Below, in pieces: positions 1 through 9,383 of a stretch of DNA of 49,847 nucleotides. The DNA is taken from the sequence record NC_054893.1; one strand, given 5' to 3'. This DNA comes from Escherichia phage vB_EcoS_W011D. A model generated the notes under the pieces. It had not been told where the DNA came from. It searched no databases and saw only the letters and a list, made by a program, of their open reading frames with translations. The stretch's first letter is position 1. Each line of letters opens with the position of its first letter. The translations under genes and the position numbers were made by a program.

Positions 1-81
1 CGACGGGAATATGAATCCACGCTCTCACCTTCCTGTTTCATAGCGCCGTCAAGCGTCATAAGGTGCAACGTATAGAGCGCA
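1..81. repeat. Terminal duplication: 1-81 is identical to 49767-49847 (closure overlap of a circular or circularly permuted genome)
   Basis: Direct comparison of the first and last 81 nt of the window; the unique sequence is 1-49766. Confidence 0.9.
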
Positions 82-290
82 ACTGCTTTGGGGTATGAGT
101 CTTTAAAGCGCTTCACGCAAACAAACTCTTTAGCCAGTTCAACCCATGCCGTTAATAAGTCTGGATCGATTTGCTTCATTGGTGGCGCTATCTTTTGGAT
201 CTGCTCCGCAATTTCAATATCGGTGTATAATTCATCGACCATTTTCACTTCCTCCAGATATGACAAAGGGCGCTAATAGCGCCCCAGGGT

Positions 291-563
291 TTAAAACTCG
301 CCGCCGTCCTCTAATTCTTTTCGGCTCTTGCCCTCTTTGGGGTCTTTCTTGCGCTGCTTCTCTACGCGATCTTTGATTTCATTGGTTGCAGTGGAATCGT
401 CTTTGATTACCAGGTCGCCGCGATGAATCAGAGATTCAATGCCTTTATTGGCAAGTTCTTTTTCTGCAATTTCCATTTCGTCACCTGGCAGATAGCGATC
501 ACCTTTGAAGTGAATAGAGCAAACGCCAACATTGGAAAGCACAACAATTTTTTCTTTAGCCAT
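291..563 (-). CDS. Hypothetical protein, 90 aa, immediately downstream of the major capsid gene
   Basis: Track ORF; position in the head module; followed by a perfect hairpin GGGCGCTA/TAGCGCCC at about 268-284. Confidence 0.45.
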   Translation of the reverse strand: MAKEKIVVLSNVGVCSIHFKGDRYLPGDEMEIAEKELANKGIESLIHRGDLVIKDDSTATNEIKDRVEKQRKKDPKEGKSRKELEDGGEF

Positions 564-614
564 TTTTTAATCTCCATAAGTAAAAGGGGAACCCCGAAGG
601 ATTCCCCAATATTA

Positions 615-1586
615 TTACACGCCAGTGATTAACACAATAGTTAATGGGCGATAAATTGTCAGGCCAGTGCATTTAGAGGTGCAAGGCACTTTGAAATGCA
701 GGTCTTTAGGCTGCGCCGGAAGCATGTTAAACGCTTCTGGAATTTCAATAGACATATTCATCGGGTCTTTTTCATAGACCAGTACGCCCTTGTTGCCGTT
801 ACCGTCGTAATCTTCCAGTTCCGCGATTGCTTCAATGGTAATGCCGCCGTTCTGCTTCATGAAATAATCAAGATAGCTTTCGGTGGTTTCCGGCATACGA
901 ACCATAAGAACTTTACGGACGGATGGAGGGATCAGAATGTGAGTTGCTCGGTGCTGCCCGTCAGTTTGGGTTTCCAGCACTTCCAGCGCATCAGTCAGAT
1001 CGTTATAAGCCTGTTCCGCGCGTTTGGTTTTGGTTCCTGCGTCATACCATTTTTCCGCCGCAACAACTTTAGTGATGTTCGGATGTTCGAACACGCTAAT
1101 GATTTTATGAGGCTTGGAGCCTTTAAACACCAGGTGATTGACGAGGTGATCGTGTGCGCTCTGTGCCGCATTCGCTTTACGGTTGCTCAGGCTCTTACCA
1201 GTGCGTTGACCTGCTTTGATCTCGTCAATGGAAATCAGGAACGCGTTACCCAGGCGGAACACTTTACCAAACTCAGTAGACATAAGCGCGTCAACAGTTG
1301 GCAGGTCGTCGGTATAATCAGCGATGATTTTCGCGTAACCAACTTTATCAAAAGTCTGATACTCAAACGTTTTGTCGGTGTCGCTCAGTTCATTGGTAAC
1401 AGGGAACACGCGAAGCGCGGAGCCTACTGGATACTCTTTATTGTAAGCGGTAGAGCGGATCTTGTGTAGCTCTTGCGCCGTCCAAATACCCATATCGGAC
1501 GCATCTGATTTTACGCCTCGCGCTTGAAGATGCGCGGAAACAACGGAAGCGTCGAATTCATCATATTTCTTAGTTTTGCCAGTCAT
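615..1586 (-). CDS. Major capsid protein (presumed HK97-fold)
   Basis: 323-aa ORF with AAGGAGA RBS, placed after the scaffold/decoration genes and before head-tail joining genes; size and position typical of siphovirus major capsid proteins. Confidence 0.7.
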   Translation of the reverse strand: MTGKTKKYDEFDASVVSAHLQARGVKSDASDMGIWTAQELHKIRSTAYNKEYPVGSALRVFPVTNELSDTDKTFEYQTFDKVGYAKIIADYTDDLPTVDALMSTEFGKVFRLGNAFLISIDEIKAGQRTGKSLSNRKANAAQSAHDHLVNHLVFKGSKPHKIISVFEHPNITKVVAAEKWYDAGTKTKRAEQAYNDLTDALEVLETQTDGQHRATHILIPPSVRKVLMVRMPETTESYLDYFMKQNGGITIEAIAELEDYDGNGNKGVLVYEKDPMNMSIEIPEAFNMLPAQPKDLHFKVPCTSKCTGLTIYRPLTIVLITGV

Positions 1587-1630
1587 TGCTAATTCTCCTT
1601 AAAAGGGCTGTTTTAATTGACAGCCCAATG

Positions 1631-1650
1631 ATAGCATTTTTTGTTAAACG
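1631..1650 (+). promoter_or_regulatory. Conserved 20-bp box copy (ATAGCATTTTTTGTTAAACG), plus orientation inside the leftward structural block
   Basis: Matches the genome-wide box; followed 18 nt later by TAGAGC; sits between a decoration-like gene and the major capsid gene next to hairpin 1605-1626. Confidence 0.5.
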
Positions 1651-1662
1651 TGCAACAGATTT

Positions 1663-2472
1663 TTATGGTAGAGCCGGATTTACAAAATCAAGAATGTATG
1701 TATCTGAAACGCCAGAACCATCGTTAGCGTCCCAATTTATAAACACGGTTCCCTCTGCTGTTCCTGTTGGGGTTACAAGTCCATTCTGATCTACATCAGC
1801 AATATTGTGAACCTCGGATGTTCTTGCTTCATCTTCCCAGCATGACCATGTGCCAGTTCTATCCGTTGCATTATCCGGCTTAACGGTTACACGTAATTGA
1901 ATTGGTTTATTGTTAGGTTGCGGGGAATTCTCTGTAATATCAGACTCAATCAACGCCGCTTTAACTGGTACTGGTGGCGGTCCGATTGGTCGCAACTTAA
2001 CAACGGAAAGATTTACGCCAACAAGGTTAAATTGCTTGTCGTATTTCATAAAGTCGCCTGTAAAAGTCCAGCCGTCAACGATTTGACCATTGCCAGCATT
2101 AACAAAACCATCATCAGCAACATAAACAGCTTGACCGTAGTTAGGCGCTGAATCAATTTGCTCTGTCAAAGCCCAAACTCGACCGCGACGAACAACGTTA
2201 ATTGGATCTCCTGAACGGTAAACCATGTAGCCGCTCGACTCGTCAGAATATAAACAAGAGTGAGTGCGCAACGCGATCCCACAAGGCCGGATTTGCTGGC
2301 TGTACTTCGATGTGATCATGCGGTAGCCGTTAACGATTTCATCAACCATCACAACTTTACCAATCAGAATGGTTTCATCTTTGCAAACGCCAGTACCATC
2401 AATAATATAGCGACTTGAATCCAACATGCACCCTGGCTCAGTTGCACCCCACAAAACGCCATAATCAGACAT
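1663..2472 (-). CDS. Capsid decoration-like protein with C-terminal Ig-like (Big_2-type) segment
   Basis: 269-aa ORF with GGAGAT RBS; N-terminal half is paralogous to the 2535-3023 product (shared GRVW and TGDF motifs); position between scaffold and capsid genes. Confidence 0.5.
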   Translation of the reverse strand: MSDYGVLWGATEPGCMLDSSRYIIDGTGVCKDETILIGKVVMVDEIVNGYRMITSKYSQQIRPCGIALRTHSCLYSDESSGYMVYRSGDPINVVRRGRVWALTEQIDSAPNYGQAVYVADDGFVNAGNGQIVDGWTFTGDFMKYDKQFNLVGVNLSVVKLRPIGPPPVPVKAALIESDITENSPQPNNKPIQLRVTVKPDNATDRTGTWSCWEDEARTSEVHNIADVDQNGLVTPTGTAEGTVFINWDANDGSGVSDTYILDFVNPALP

Positions 2473-2534
2473 AATTTTATCTCCTATGAAAATAAAAAAG
2501 GCACTCTAAAAAGAGTGCCTATTATATCGCGAGA

Positions 2535-3023
2535 TTATGCGCCGAACAACTTCACCTCAATGAGATTGAGATCCTGGAATTTGGTAAAGTCACCAGTTGC
2601 GATCCAATCCGTTTCGATATCTCCGCCAGCGGTATCAGCAAAACCAGTTGCGGATTCAATTTTAACAGGGGTATCGTACTGCGGCGCTACTGCGTCTTTT
2701 GAAATCATCCAAACGCGCCCCTCGGTAATTACGTTGATGCCGCCGCCGTCCTCGTAAACCATTCGGCCATTTTCGCCAGTAGTCTGGAAGTGTGAGCGAA
2801 TCGCAACCCCGTAAGCGTGATCGCCAGCGCTGGTGATCGGCTTGATGATTTTGTTACCCATTGCATCAACGCCGCCATGCTTAACAGCAACGCCAACAAA
2901 AATAGACTTGCCGCCCTCGGTATTCAGAACACAAGCGCCGTCGATGTTATATGCGGAAGTGTCAGCAACTTGACCAGGTAAAGCGCGTGCCATGTTCTTT
3001 TGATAATATGCCGGAATAGCCAT
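2535..3023 (-). CDS. Capsid decoration-like protein (paralogue of 1663-2472)
   Basis: 162-aa ORF with AAGGAGA RBS; shares MVYxxG..INV..GRVW and TGDF segments with the neighbouring gene. Confidence 0.5.
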   Translation of the reverse strand: MAIPAYYQKNMARALPGQVADTSAYNIDGACVLNTEGGKSIFVGVAVKHGGVDAMGNKIIKPITSAGDHAYGVAIRSHFQTTGENGRMVYEDGGGINVITEGRVWMISKDAVAPQYDTPVKIESATGFADTAGGDIETDWIATGDFTKFQDLNLIEVKLFGA

Positions 3024-3035
3024 CTTTATTTCTCC

Positions 3036-4148
3036 TTACTTGTTAAGTTTAGCCAGGCGCGCATTCGGATCTAAAACCGTTTCGCCGTCCTGTTTTTCTT
3101 GTGCCGCATCGCCTTTGGTTGCGATACGTTGAGCCGCCATTTTATCAGAATCTTTAGCCAGATCAAAGGCAACATCAATGTAAGCGTCTGCTTTCATGGA
3201 AATGTCAGCGCCTGTAACCTCTTTGACGTAAGCAACTTTGATTGCTTTTGCGTCCAGGCCATCAGTTTTCACGCCTACTTCCTCGGCAACTTTTACAAGC
3301 TCTGCATGTGCTTCCGCGTCTGCTTTAGCCTGTGCAACGGCTTTTTCGATCTCAGCCGGAATGCCGTCAACTTTGGTTTTCAGTGCATCGCGCTCTGCTT
3401 CCAGGCCATCGGCTTTTACTTTTGCCGCTTCTGCGTCTGCTTTCACGTTTTCAATGAAGGTTGCAACTTCTTTTGGCACATCGAATTCAACAGCGCCGTC
3501 CAGTTTAATTTTTACAGTCATTACATGATCCTCTTTGTTTGAAATTTCGGTGTTATCATACGGGAATTCTTGCTCGCTATCAAGATTCAATTTTGCGATA
3601 CCCGCGCGACCTTTAAACACCATAGCGATATGGTTTACGCTGATATTGGTTTGCACCGCATCAAATCTAACCCAATCCGCGCTGTCTGCTTTCCATCCTT
3701 CCGGCATATCTTCATCAAAGAAATATTCACCAGTTGCGTTGTTGCCCCAGCCTGGTTTGTCAATATCAACGGAAGTGTAACCGACTGACAATTCGGCGGT
3801 TTGCTTTTTCTTCGCGCTCTGAATGGCTCGCTTGTCGTAAATGCTTAACGGAACCTCTACGCCAACCCCATTTGGCACGCCAGCACCAGCGCACGCGCCC
3901 ACAACAACATCCTTTGCATTCTCCGGCGTTACTGTGACGTGTCCGATTGTGATCGGCTTGCCGGAAAACGTTTCCAGTGAATCAGCCTTGAAAACCTCGG
4001 ACGCGGGGCGGAATTCTCGCCGCTCTCCGAAAGGTGTTTTGTAAATCTGCAACCCGATACGGGCAACAATCGGACGGTCTACCAGAAAACCATGTTCATC
4101 AATCTTTGCTTTTACCTGTACGCTATCAAAGCGTTGCACTTTTTTCAT
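3036..4148 (-). CDS. Scaffolding protein candidate with Ala/Lys/Glu-rich coiled-coil C-terminus
   Basis: Track ORF 3036-4205; start moved to internal Met (MKKVQRF) preceded by AAAGGAGAAA RBS; lies between head morphogenesis and decoration/capsid genes. Confidence 0.5.
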   Translation of the reverse strand: MKKVQRFDSVQVKAKIDEHGFLVDRPIVARIGLQIYKTPFGERREFRPASEVFKADSLETFSGKPITIGHVTVTPENAKDVVVGACAGAGVPNGVGVEVPLSIYDKRAIQSAKKKQTAELSVGYTSVDIDKPGWGNNATGEYFFDEDMPEGWKADSADWVRFDAVQTNISVNHIAMVFKGRAGIAKLNLDSEQEFPYDNTEISNKEDHVMTVKIKLDGAVEFDVPKEVATFIENVKADAEAAKVKADGLEAERDALKTKVDGIPAEIEKAVAQAKADAEAHAELVKVAEEVGVKTDGLDAKAIKVAYVKEVTGADISMKADAYIDVAFDLAKDSDKMAAQRIATKGDAAQEKQDGETVLDPNARLAKLNK

Positions 4149-4161
4149 CTTGATTTCTCCT

Positions 4162-4911
4162 TTACCATTTAGGGATCGCCCAACAGCGGCAACCGTACTC
4201 CTCACCTGGGAACGGGTGAATGTCGTTTAAATCGATCTCTTTTCCTTCCCATCGTAAGTGTTTTAGTCGCTCGCGCTCGTCAAGCATACCATGCCAGAAA
4301 TAAGAATTCACCCCTGCATCATAAAGGCGTTGCCGCATCAGGCGACTATTCCACGATCCAATAATTCCGGTTGCGCGGTTGCCAGCCCAGGAAGAATAAA
4401 CAGCAAAACGTTTCTCCGCTATATCATCAACCTGATCGGCATTCTTTCCGGTGAAATTTGCTTGCCGAATGTTTGCCGCCCAATCCTGAATGATGTTTGT
4501 GAATAGCTTGTCGAATGAATCTGCACTCATTGTGTGCCATTCGCCGTATAACTTTTGATACCAGCTTTCTCCCTGATTGGCTCCGATTGCGATCAACAAT
4601 ATTACGGATGGATTAGCCGAGCCGCCTGTTGATTTTGCTACGTTAACAAACTGCTTTGAGTTGAATTTATAAACAGACTCCGCCAGCGACGGAAGCAAAC
4701 CAATCAGCGACAACGCCAGATTTTTTGCAAGCTCTCTGATTTCATCCTCAGCCGTGGTGATTTCCTGATCCGTTGCGTCAAACTTCATAGCTCGCGTCTT
4801 GCTACGCATAAACACAACCAGATCGCGCACCGCTCGTTTAATTGAGCGGGATAAATCCCGCTCGCTTGCTTCTGGAAATCGCCATTGCTTAACAATGCCG
4901 TTTACCTTCAT
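4162..4911 (-). CDS. Head morphogenesis protein (SPP1 gp7 / Mu F-like minor head protein)
   Basis: 249-aa ORF directly downstream of portal with ATGA start/stop overlap; GGAGAA RBS. Confidence 0.55.
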   Translation of the reverse strand: MKVNGIVKQWRFPEASERDLSRSIKRAVRDLVVFMRSKTRAMKFDATDQEITTAEDEIRELAKNLALSLIGLLPSLAESVYKFNSKQFVNVAKSTGGSANPSVILLIAIGANQGESWYQKLYGEWHTMSADSFDKLFTNIIQDWAANIRQANFTGKNADQVDDIAEKRFAVYSSWAGNRATGIIGSWNSRLMRQRLYDAGVNSYFWHGMLDERERLKHLRWEGKEIDLNDIHPFPGEEYGCRCWAIPKW

Positions 4912-6185
4912 TGATTATTCTCCGTTCCTGGCTCCGGCTCCGTTTCCGGTTTCGGTAGCTTGATGTTATCAGTGTCTTTGATTTTGATAATCGAACCCAT
5001 AGATCGCAATGTGTCGCGCGCTTCCTCGGTGTCGATTAGCTGATCCTGCACCAGCTTAGTGACTGAATCAACGTTTTTGTTTAAAACTTCCGCCTGATCT
5101 TTATCGCTCGGAACCGAAAGCGGCTCAAACACAATAGACCATTCTGATTCATTCACCAGGAAAGGGAGGATGAATTCTAAAACTGGCTTGTATTCCTCGC
5201 CACGCTTGCGATCAATCAGCTTGTGATAAGTCTCAAGTGCGGTGTTTTGGCTTGCGCTTACGCCGCCAGTGTTCTTGTTTTTAAGCACGATCTCATGAAT
5301 GCCAGTTAGGGCAACAATGCGATCAAACTTGCTTTGCAGGAATTCAGGCACGCCGGAAACGTCAGAATTCAACACCGCGTATTCTTCATCTTCCGCATCA
5401 ATACCAATTGCCTTACCCACTCCGCTTTCGTCGTCAACCTGTGCCAAACGCAAACGCGCCGCCGCAACCCCTTCGTCGTCGTCGCATAAATCCGCAAGGC
5501 CTCGCGCTTTCCATACTGCTTGTTGCTTGCGCCGCAAAAGCTGGCTTGCTAACTCCTCGCAGTAGTTATAATCGCGAATCGCTTCAATCAGCCGCTTGTT
5601 GAGGATTGAGCCGCCCCAGCCATCATTATTCTTGCGCTGCTCGTTTGGGAGTCGCTCGCCGTCAATGATGCAAATGCGCGTGTAATGAACATCATATTCT
5701 GGAATGTCATTCCCAGGCGTAATTGTGTACAAAACAGGCTCGCCATAACGAACGCTCCGCGCGTTTGTTTCTCGCTTGCTAACTCTGATTTGGTATCGAT
5801 CATAAACGCGAATATCTTCTAACACCGCACCTTCTCTTACTGGCGATTTCAACATGCGCCCATCTTGCACGATTGCAACAATCCCAGAACCGCCAAACAA
5901 GCGCGACCAGCAAAGCGCATCAATGATTTTTGCGTTGAGTCGCTTTTCATCCCATAGCGATCTGAATGCTGCCTCGTCTGCGATACCCTCAACCTTAAAC
6001 CCTGGCGTAACCATATCCTCTGGAATTACGTCGATGATTTTTTTTGCTAACCCGTCTTGCTCATAGAATGATGCAAGTGATGTTTTAGCAAGACCTTGCA
6101 TATAGAACGGCTGTTCAACTCGCTTTTCACCTTTGAAAATTTCGTTGTAGCCATCGGCCTTAACGATCTTATTTTTATCAGTCAT
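4908..6185 (-). CDS. Portal protein
   Basis: 425-aa ORF immediately after large terminase; acidic C-terminus; GGAGAT RBS. Confidence 0.75.
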   Translation of the reverse strand: MTDKNKIVKADGYNEIFKGEKRVEQPFYMQGLAKTSLASFYEQDGLAKKIIDVIPEDMVTPGFKVEGIADEAAFRSLWDEKRLNAKIIDALCWSRLFGGSGIVAIVQDGRMLKSPVREGAVLEDIRVYDRYQIRVSKRETNARSVRYGEPVLYTITPGNDIPEYDVHYTRICIIDGERLPNEQRKNNDGWGGSILNKRLIEAIRDYNYCEELASQLLRRKQQAVWKARGLADLCDDDEGVAAARLRLAQVDDESGVGKAIGIDAEDEEYAVLNSDVSGVPEFLQSKFDRIVALTGIHEIVLKNKNTGGVSASQNTALETYHKLIDRKRGEEYKPVLEFILPFLVNESEWSIVFEPLSVPSDKDQAEVLNKNVDSVTKLVQDQLIDTEEARDTLRSMGSIIKIKDTDNIKLPKPETEPEPGTENNQ

Positions 6186-6202
6186 GTCCTGATCTCCATA
6201 AT

Positions 6203-6227
6203 AAAAAAGGGCTGGAAAGTCCAGCCC
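6203..6227 (-). terminator. Hairpin GGGCTGGA/TCCAGCCC with T-run on the minus strand, between terL and portal (likely attenuator)
   Basis: Perfect 8-bp stem followed by TTTTTTATT on the transcribed strand. Confidence 0.5.
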
Positions 6228-6240
6228 TGATTATATCAGC

Positions 6241-6260
6241 TTTTTAGCAATTAGTGCTAT
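6241..6260 (-). promoter_or_regulatory. Conserved 20-bp box copy (ATAGCACTAATTGCTAAAAA, minus orientation)
   Basis: Box overlaps the terL TAG stop; TATAAT lies only about 4 nt downstream, then the attenuator hairpin. Confidence 0.5.
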
Positions 6261-7825
6261 TTCTTCAAACCTGCCAGCTTTTTCATGCGTGCAACTGGAT
6301 CGTCTGCAAGGTTCATTTCGACGTTAACCGCATCAACGATGTTATCAACTATGTCGTCGTGAGGGTGTGAATCGTCGAATGTGAACGCCGCCACCTCTGC
6401 AAGCAATTCCGCTAACATCGGGTGATTCTCCGGTAACGCAACGCGCCCCGCTCGCATTACTGGCGCTGCATCCATAGCGCGCGTTACTTTGTCCGTGTTA
6501 CGCTGAACGGGATTTATATCAATAGGCAATTTCTTTTTAGCGCCCTGAATCAAACCCGTACCGCTAGCCTTATCCTCAACGTGGATTCTGCGCAATGTTC
6601 CACATTCTTTGTTGCGTTTCCAGCACTGATTAACGAAAGCAACAAAGTTTGTGTCAAGATCCGGCGCTTCCCATTTGCCGCGCACGCCGTCGATAAAGTA
6701 AACACGGTTTTTGTACATTCCCCAATAACAAAACACGGTGTAGTCGTTTAACTCTCCTACTTTCTGCGCCGTATCCGCTGTGATGAATGTATATTCAAAG
6801 CGATCTGGTTTTGGTAGTGTGCATTTCTCGCCGCCGCCGTAATACTGGAACCATTCCACCTTGAACACGTTACCACCCAGCGCGATTGGCTGTTGTTGGT
6901 ACTGTGAAAGGAATGTGTATGGATCAGCAAGCCATAACTCACGCAGTGATTTTGCGCTTTCCTTTGCAGGCCAAAAAGAAAAATACTCTACGCCATCAAC
7001 AACAACAGGCTCGCTTGTCAGAACATCGCGATCAAATTCAGGCTTTAACCAGTCAGGAAGCGTTTCGCGGTATTCGCGAGTAACCAGCGCCGGAATGCTT
7101 ACAACCTCAAACTCAATACCACCCATCCCGCCATTTAACAGGAACCAGGTAGAATCATTGACGTGCAACCGCTGCTGAACAACAACACAAGGAGTGGTGT
7201 CTTTCATGCGACGTGATCGGACGGTGTTTTTTAGGCGCGTGTGAATCGACGCTCGTCGCACTGCGGAAAACATATCATCAGGCTTGTCGGGGTCGTCAAG
7301 CGTCAACATTCCCGTAAAACCATCATCCATGTAACCGCCACGCAAACCTGTTACCTGTCCACCAATGGCGCGGGAGTTTAGTTGCAACCAAACTTTGCCA
7401 TCACGATTTAACGCCGTGATATCCTTTGCGCTTGCCTTTGACAGCTTGCAAGGCCAAAGCTCTTGGAATTCTGGCGATCCGATAATCTCTTTCACGCGCA
7501 TTGAGTTTTGTTGCACCAGCCCATCACTAAATGAAAGGTTTAGGTTGCGCACTTTCTTTCGGCGCTGCATACAATGCACTGGCATGTGAATAGAAAAAAT
7601 TTCCGTCTTGCCGGAACCAGGCGTGATATTAAAGATCACGTTTTGCGCTTCACCTGCAATGATTTGCTCAACCTTCCAGCACAAATAGCTAAAATGCCAG
7701 TTACCCAAAAACTTTTGCCCCTGGAGGAGTTGAAACCAAATGCGGATCATTTTTTCAAATGAGATCTCGCTCATTTCTTTAATGGCGCGTTTCTGCGCCG
7801 CTGTCAAATCTTCCCAAATCAACAT
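6257..7825 (-). CDS. Terminase large subunit
   Basis: 522-aa ORF with Walker A-like PGSGKT near the N-terminus and acidic nuclease-type C-terminal half; follows terS by 2 nt. Confidence 0.85.
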   Translation of the reverse strand: MLIWEDLTAAQKRAIKEMSEISFEKMIRIWFQLLQGQKFLGNWHFSYLCWKVEQIIAGEAQNVIFNITPGSGKTEIFSIHMPVHCMQRRKKVRNLNLSFSDGLVQQNSMRVKEIIGSPEFQELWPCKLSKASAKDITALNRDGKVWLQLNSRAIGGQVTGLRGGYMDDGFTGMLTLDDPDKPDDMFSAVRRASIHTRLKNTVRSRRMKDTTPCVVVQQRLHVNDSTWFLLNGGMGGIEFEVVSIPALVTREYRETLPDWLKPEFDRDVLTSEPVVVDGVEYFSFWPAKESAKSLRELWLADPYTFLSQYQQQPIALGGNVFKVEWFQYYGGGEKCTLPKPDRFEYTFITADTAQKVGELNDYTVFCYWGMYKNRVYFIDGVRGKWEAPDLDTNFVAFVNQCWKRNKECGTLRRIHVEDKASGTGLIQGAKKKLPIDINPVQRNTDKVTRAMDAAPVMRAGRVALPENHPMLAELLAEVAAFTFDDSHPHDDIVDNIVDAVNVEMNLADDPVARMKKLAGLKK

Positions 7826-7827
7826 GA

Positions 7828-8343
7828 TTAGATTTCCTCTAAGATATCGCGCACCGCCTCTTTTACTTCATCAGCCGTTACAGTTTCAACGCTGGCGTTT
7901 GCTTCAACGTTAATGCTTGCTGGCTTATCAACGCCGATATCTTTTGCGATGAATGCAGCGTTAACAAGGTTGTTTGCGGCAAGCTGGAATTTCTGCTCGT
8001 TGATTACGGTGTCGATGAAATCCATCACCTCACTGAATCCAGGCTCTTTGCGCCACTTGAGAGTTACAGACTCTGAAAACCCGCAAAACAGCCGCAAGCC
8101 GTTAAGGGTAAAGATTCGCGGTTTATGGATCTTGGATTCGAACACATCACCCTGAAAGGATGCAGTTTCCGCCGCCTCAATGTGATTCTTTTCCGCCCAT
8201 TCGAAATAGCGGATCGCCAGATCAAAAACCTGCTCCGGCGTTATGGTGTGCGCGTTATTCAGTCGCGCAATGTCGCCATATCGTTTGTTGTATAGTTCTT
8301 TGAAGTTAAGCGCCTTAACAACAGGCTCAATGTTTTTAGCCAT
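7828..8343 (-). CDS. Terminase small subunit
   Basis: Track ORF 7828-8400 trimmed to MAKNIEP start preceded by AAAGGAGGG RBS; immediately upstream of terL. Confidence 0.55.
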   Translation of the reverse strand: MAKNIEPVVKALNFKELYNKRYGDIARLNNAHTITPEQVFDLAIRYFEWAEKNHIEAAETASFQGDVFESKIHKPRIFTLNGLRLFCGFSESVTLKWRKEPGFSEVMDFIDTVINEQKFQLAANNLVNAAFIAKDIGVDKPASINVEANASVETVTADEVKEAVRDILEEI

Positions 8344-8383
8344 AATAATTGCCCTCCTTTGTTGGAGTCCGATTATAACAGGC

Positions 8384-8407
8384 AATAAAAAACCCCGCAA
8401 ATGCGGG
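8384..8407 (-). terminator. Rho-independent terminator (CCCCGCAAATGCGGGG plus T-run) ending the early leftward operon, followed by TGTTATAAT extended -10 upstream of terS
   Basis: Perfect 6-bp GC stem followed by TTTTTTATT on the minus strand; TTGACA upstream and TATAAT downstream of the hairpin. Confidence 0.65.
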
Positions 8408-8415
8408 GTTTGTTG

Positions 8416-8646
8416 TCAATCCATATACTTGACCGATTTAACGCCTGTTAGCTTTTCGGTTTGAATACCTGTAAAAATCTTGCCGGAAATCGCCAGGTAT
8501 GAGCCGCGAACCTTCCAAACTTTTTCTTTATCGCTCCACATCGCGGAGGCGTACCAGCCTTTTTTAACTGCGTATTTTGTAGCCAGTGAGCCAGCAAACA
8601 TCATCAGGATAACGGCAACGAGAAAACCAATGGAAAACATTAACAT
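8416..8646 (-). CDS. Small membrane protein (76 aa, N-terminal transmembrane helix)
   Basis: Track ORF with AAGAGGT RBS; hydrophobic N-terminus MLMFSIGFLVAVILMMFAGSL. Confidence 0.5.
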   Translation of the reverse strand: MLMFSIGFLVAVILMMFAGSLATKYAVKKGWYASAMWSDKEKVWKVRGSYLAISGKIFTGIQTEKLTGVKSVKYMD

Positions 8647-8648
8647 AA

Positions 8649-8831
8649 TTAAATACCTCTTACATAGTTGATTGAAAATTGGTGCGTTTCTGGATCTGCA
8701 CCTGATAAGCGCTTTGCAAGGTTGACTGCGTGATGTTCGTCAAATGCTGCAACCTCGCATTCAAATTCCTGTTTGCATGATCTGCAATTTCGCCCCATGC
8801 GCCTGATAGTAAGTTTAACCTTGTACACCAT
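8649..8831 (-). CDS. Hypothetical small protein with CxxC pair
   Basis: 60-aa track ORF with AAGAGGA RBS. Confidence 0.45.
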   Translation of the reverse strand: MVYKVKLTIRRMGRNCRSCKQEFECEVAAFDEHHAVNLAKRLSGADPETHQFSINYVRGI

Positions 8832-8982
8832 CCGGCTTATCCTCTTGCAACTTCACCATGAAATCACCGATCCGGCCTAACATCGCCTCGCCTTTGTTGA
8901 ATCGTTTTTTGTAGCGAGTCTTTACGCCGTTACGCTCAACCGTGATTGTTACTTTGATTTCTTCTGTTTGGTGTCGATTCAT
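8815..8982 (-). CDS. Hypothetical small basic protein
   Basis: Track ORF 8815-9027 trimmed to internal Met with AGGAGA RBS. Confidence 0.4.
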   Translation of the reverse strand: MNRHQTEEIKVTITVERNGVKTRYKKRFNKGEAMLGRIGDFMVKLQEDKPDGVQG

Positions 8983-9152
8983 CGTTGATTCTCCTGAATG
9001 GTTGCGGGTTACGGTTCCCGCTGGCATCGGGGCGCGTTGCGCTCTCCCTGCCCGATTTGGGTTTTGCAGCTATCGCGCTGCGCGTTGCTCTATAGAGCCT
9101 CTTTTGTTTACGCCGTCAATGTTAACCAATCAGCGGCGGTGCGTCAATGCTG

Positions 9153-9383
9153 TTACTCGTAATCGGCTACTTTTGAACCAACACGCCCCGCCAAATATCC
9201 AGCCGTCCAAACGAATTTGTAACGGTCAATCAGTGGCGCAATTGGCGCATGATGTTTGGTGATTATATCGATCACAATCTTTTCATTCTTGCGGTCGCCT
9301 TTCGGTAGTTCACTGATTGCGTCATTAAGACCGCGAGCCGCGCGTTTTACTACGTTCCAGTGTCCCTCTGACAATCCAAACAT
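9153..9383 (-). CDS. Hypothetical protein
   Basis: Track ORF 9153-9422 trimmed to internal Met (MFGLSEGHW) with AGAGGG RBS. Confidence 0.4.
   Translation of the reverse strand: MFGLSEGHWNVVKRAARGLNDAISELPKGDRKNEKIVIDIITKHHAPIAPLIDRYKFVWTAGYLAGRVGSKVADYE

Noticed and set aside
1-81. 81-bp terminal repeat as a biological direct terminal repeat or cos site
   Set aside because: Exact duplication at the ends of a contig that splits a gene is most simply a circularisation overlap; T1-like phages package by headful from a pac site.
88-376. Plus-strand ORFs 88-276 and 146-376 near the window start
   Set aside because: Antisense to the head-tail adaptor gene that spans the window ends; low-complexity translation.
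696-1469. Plus-strand ORF (257 aa) antisense to the major capsid gene
   Set aside because: No ribosome-binding site, unusual Phe/Arg/Cys-rich composition, and it is fully embedded opposite a well-supported gene with RBS and operon context; typical antisense shadow ORF.
3099-3542. Plus-strand ORFs (147 and 96 aa) antisense to the scaffold gene
   Set aside because: Cys/Phe-rich low-complexity translations produced by the Ala/Lys/Glu codon bias of the opposite strand; no RBS.
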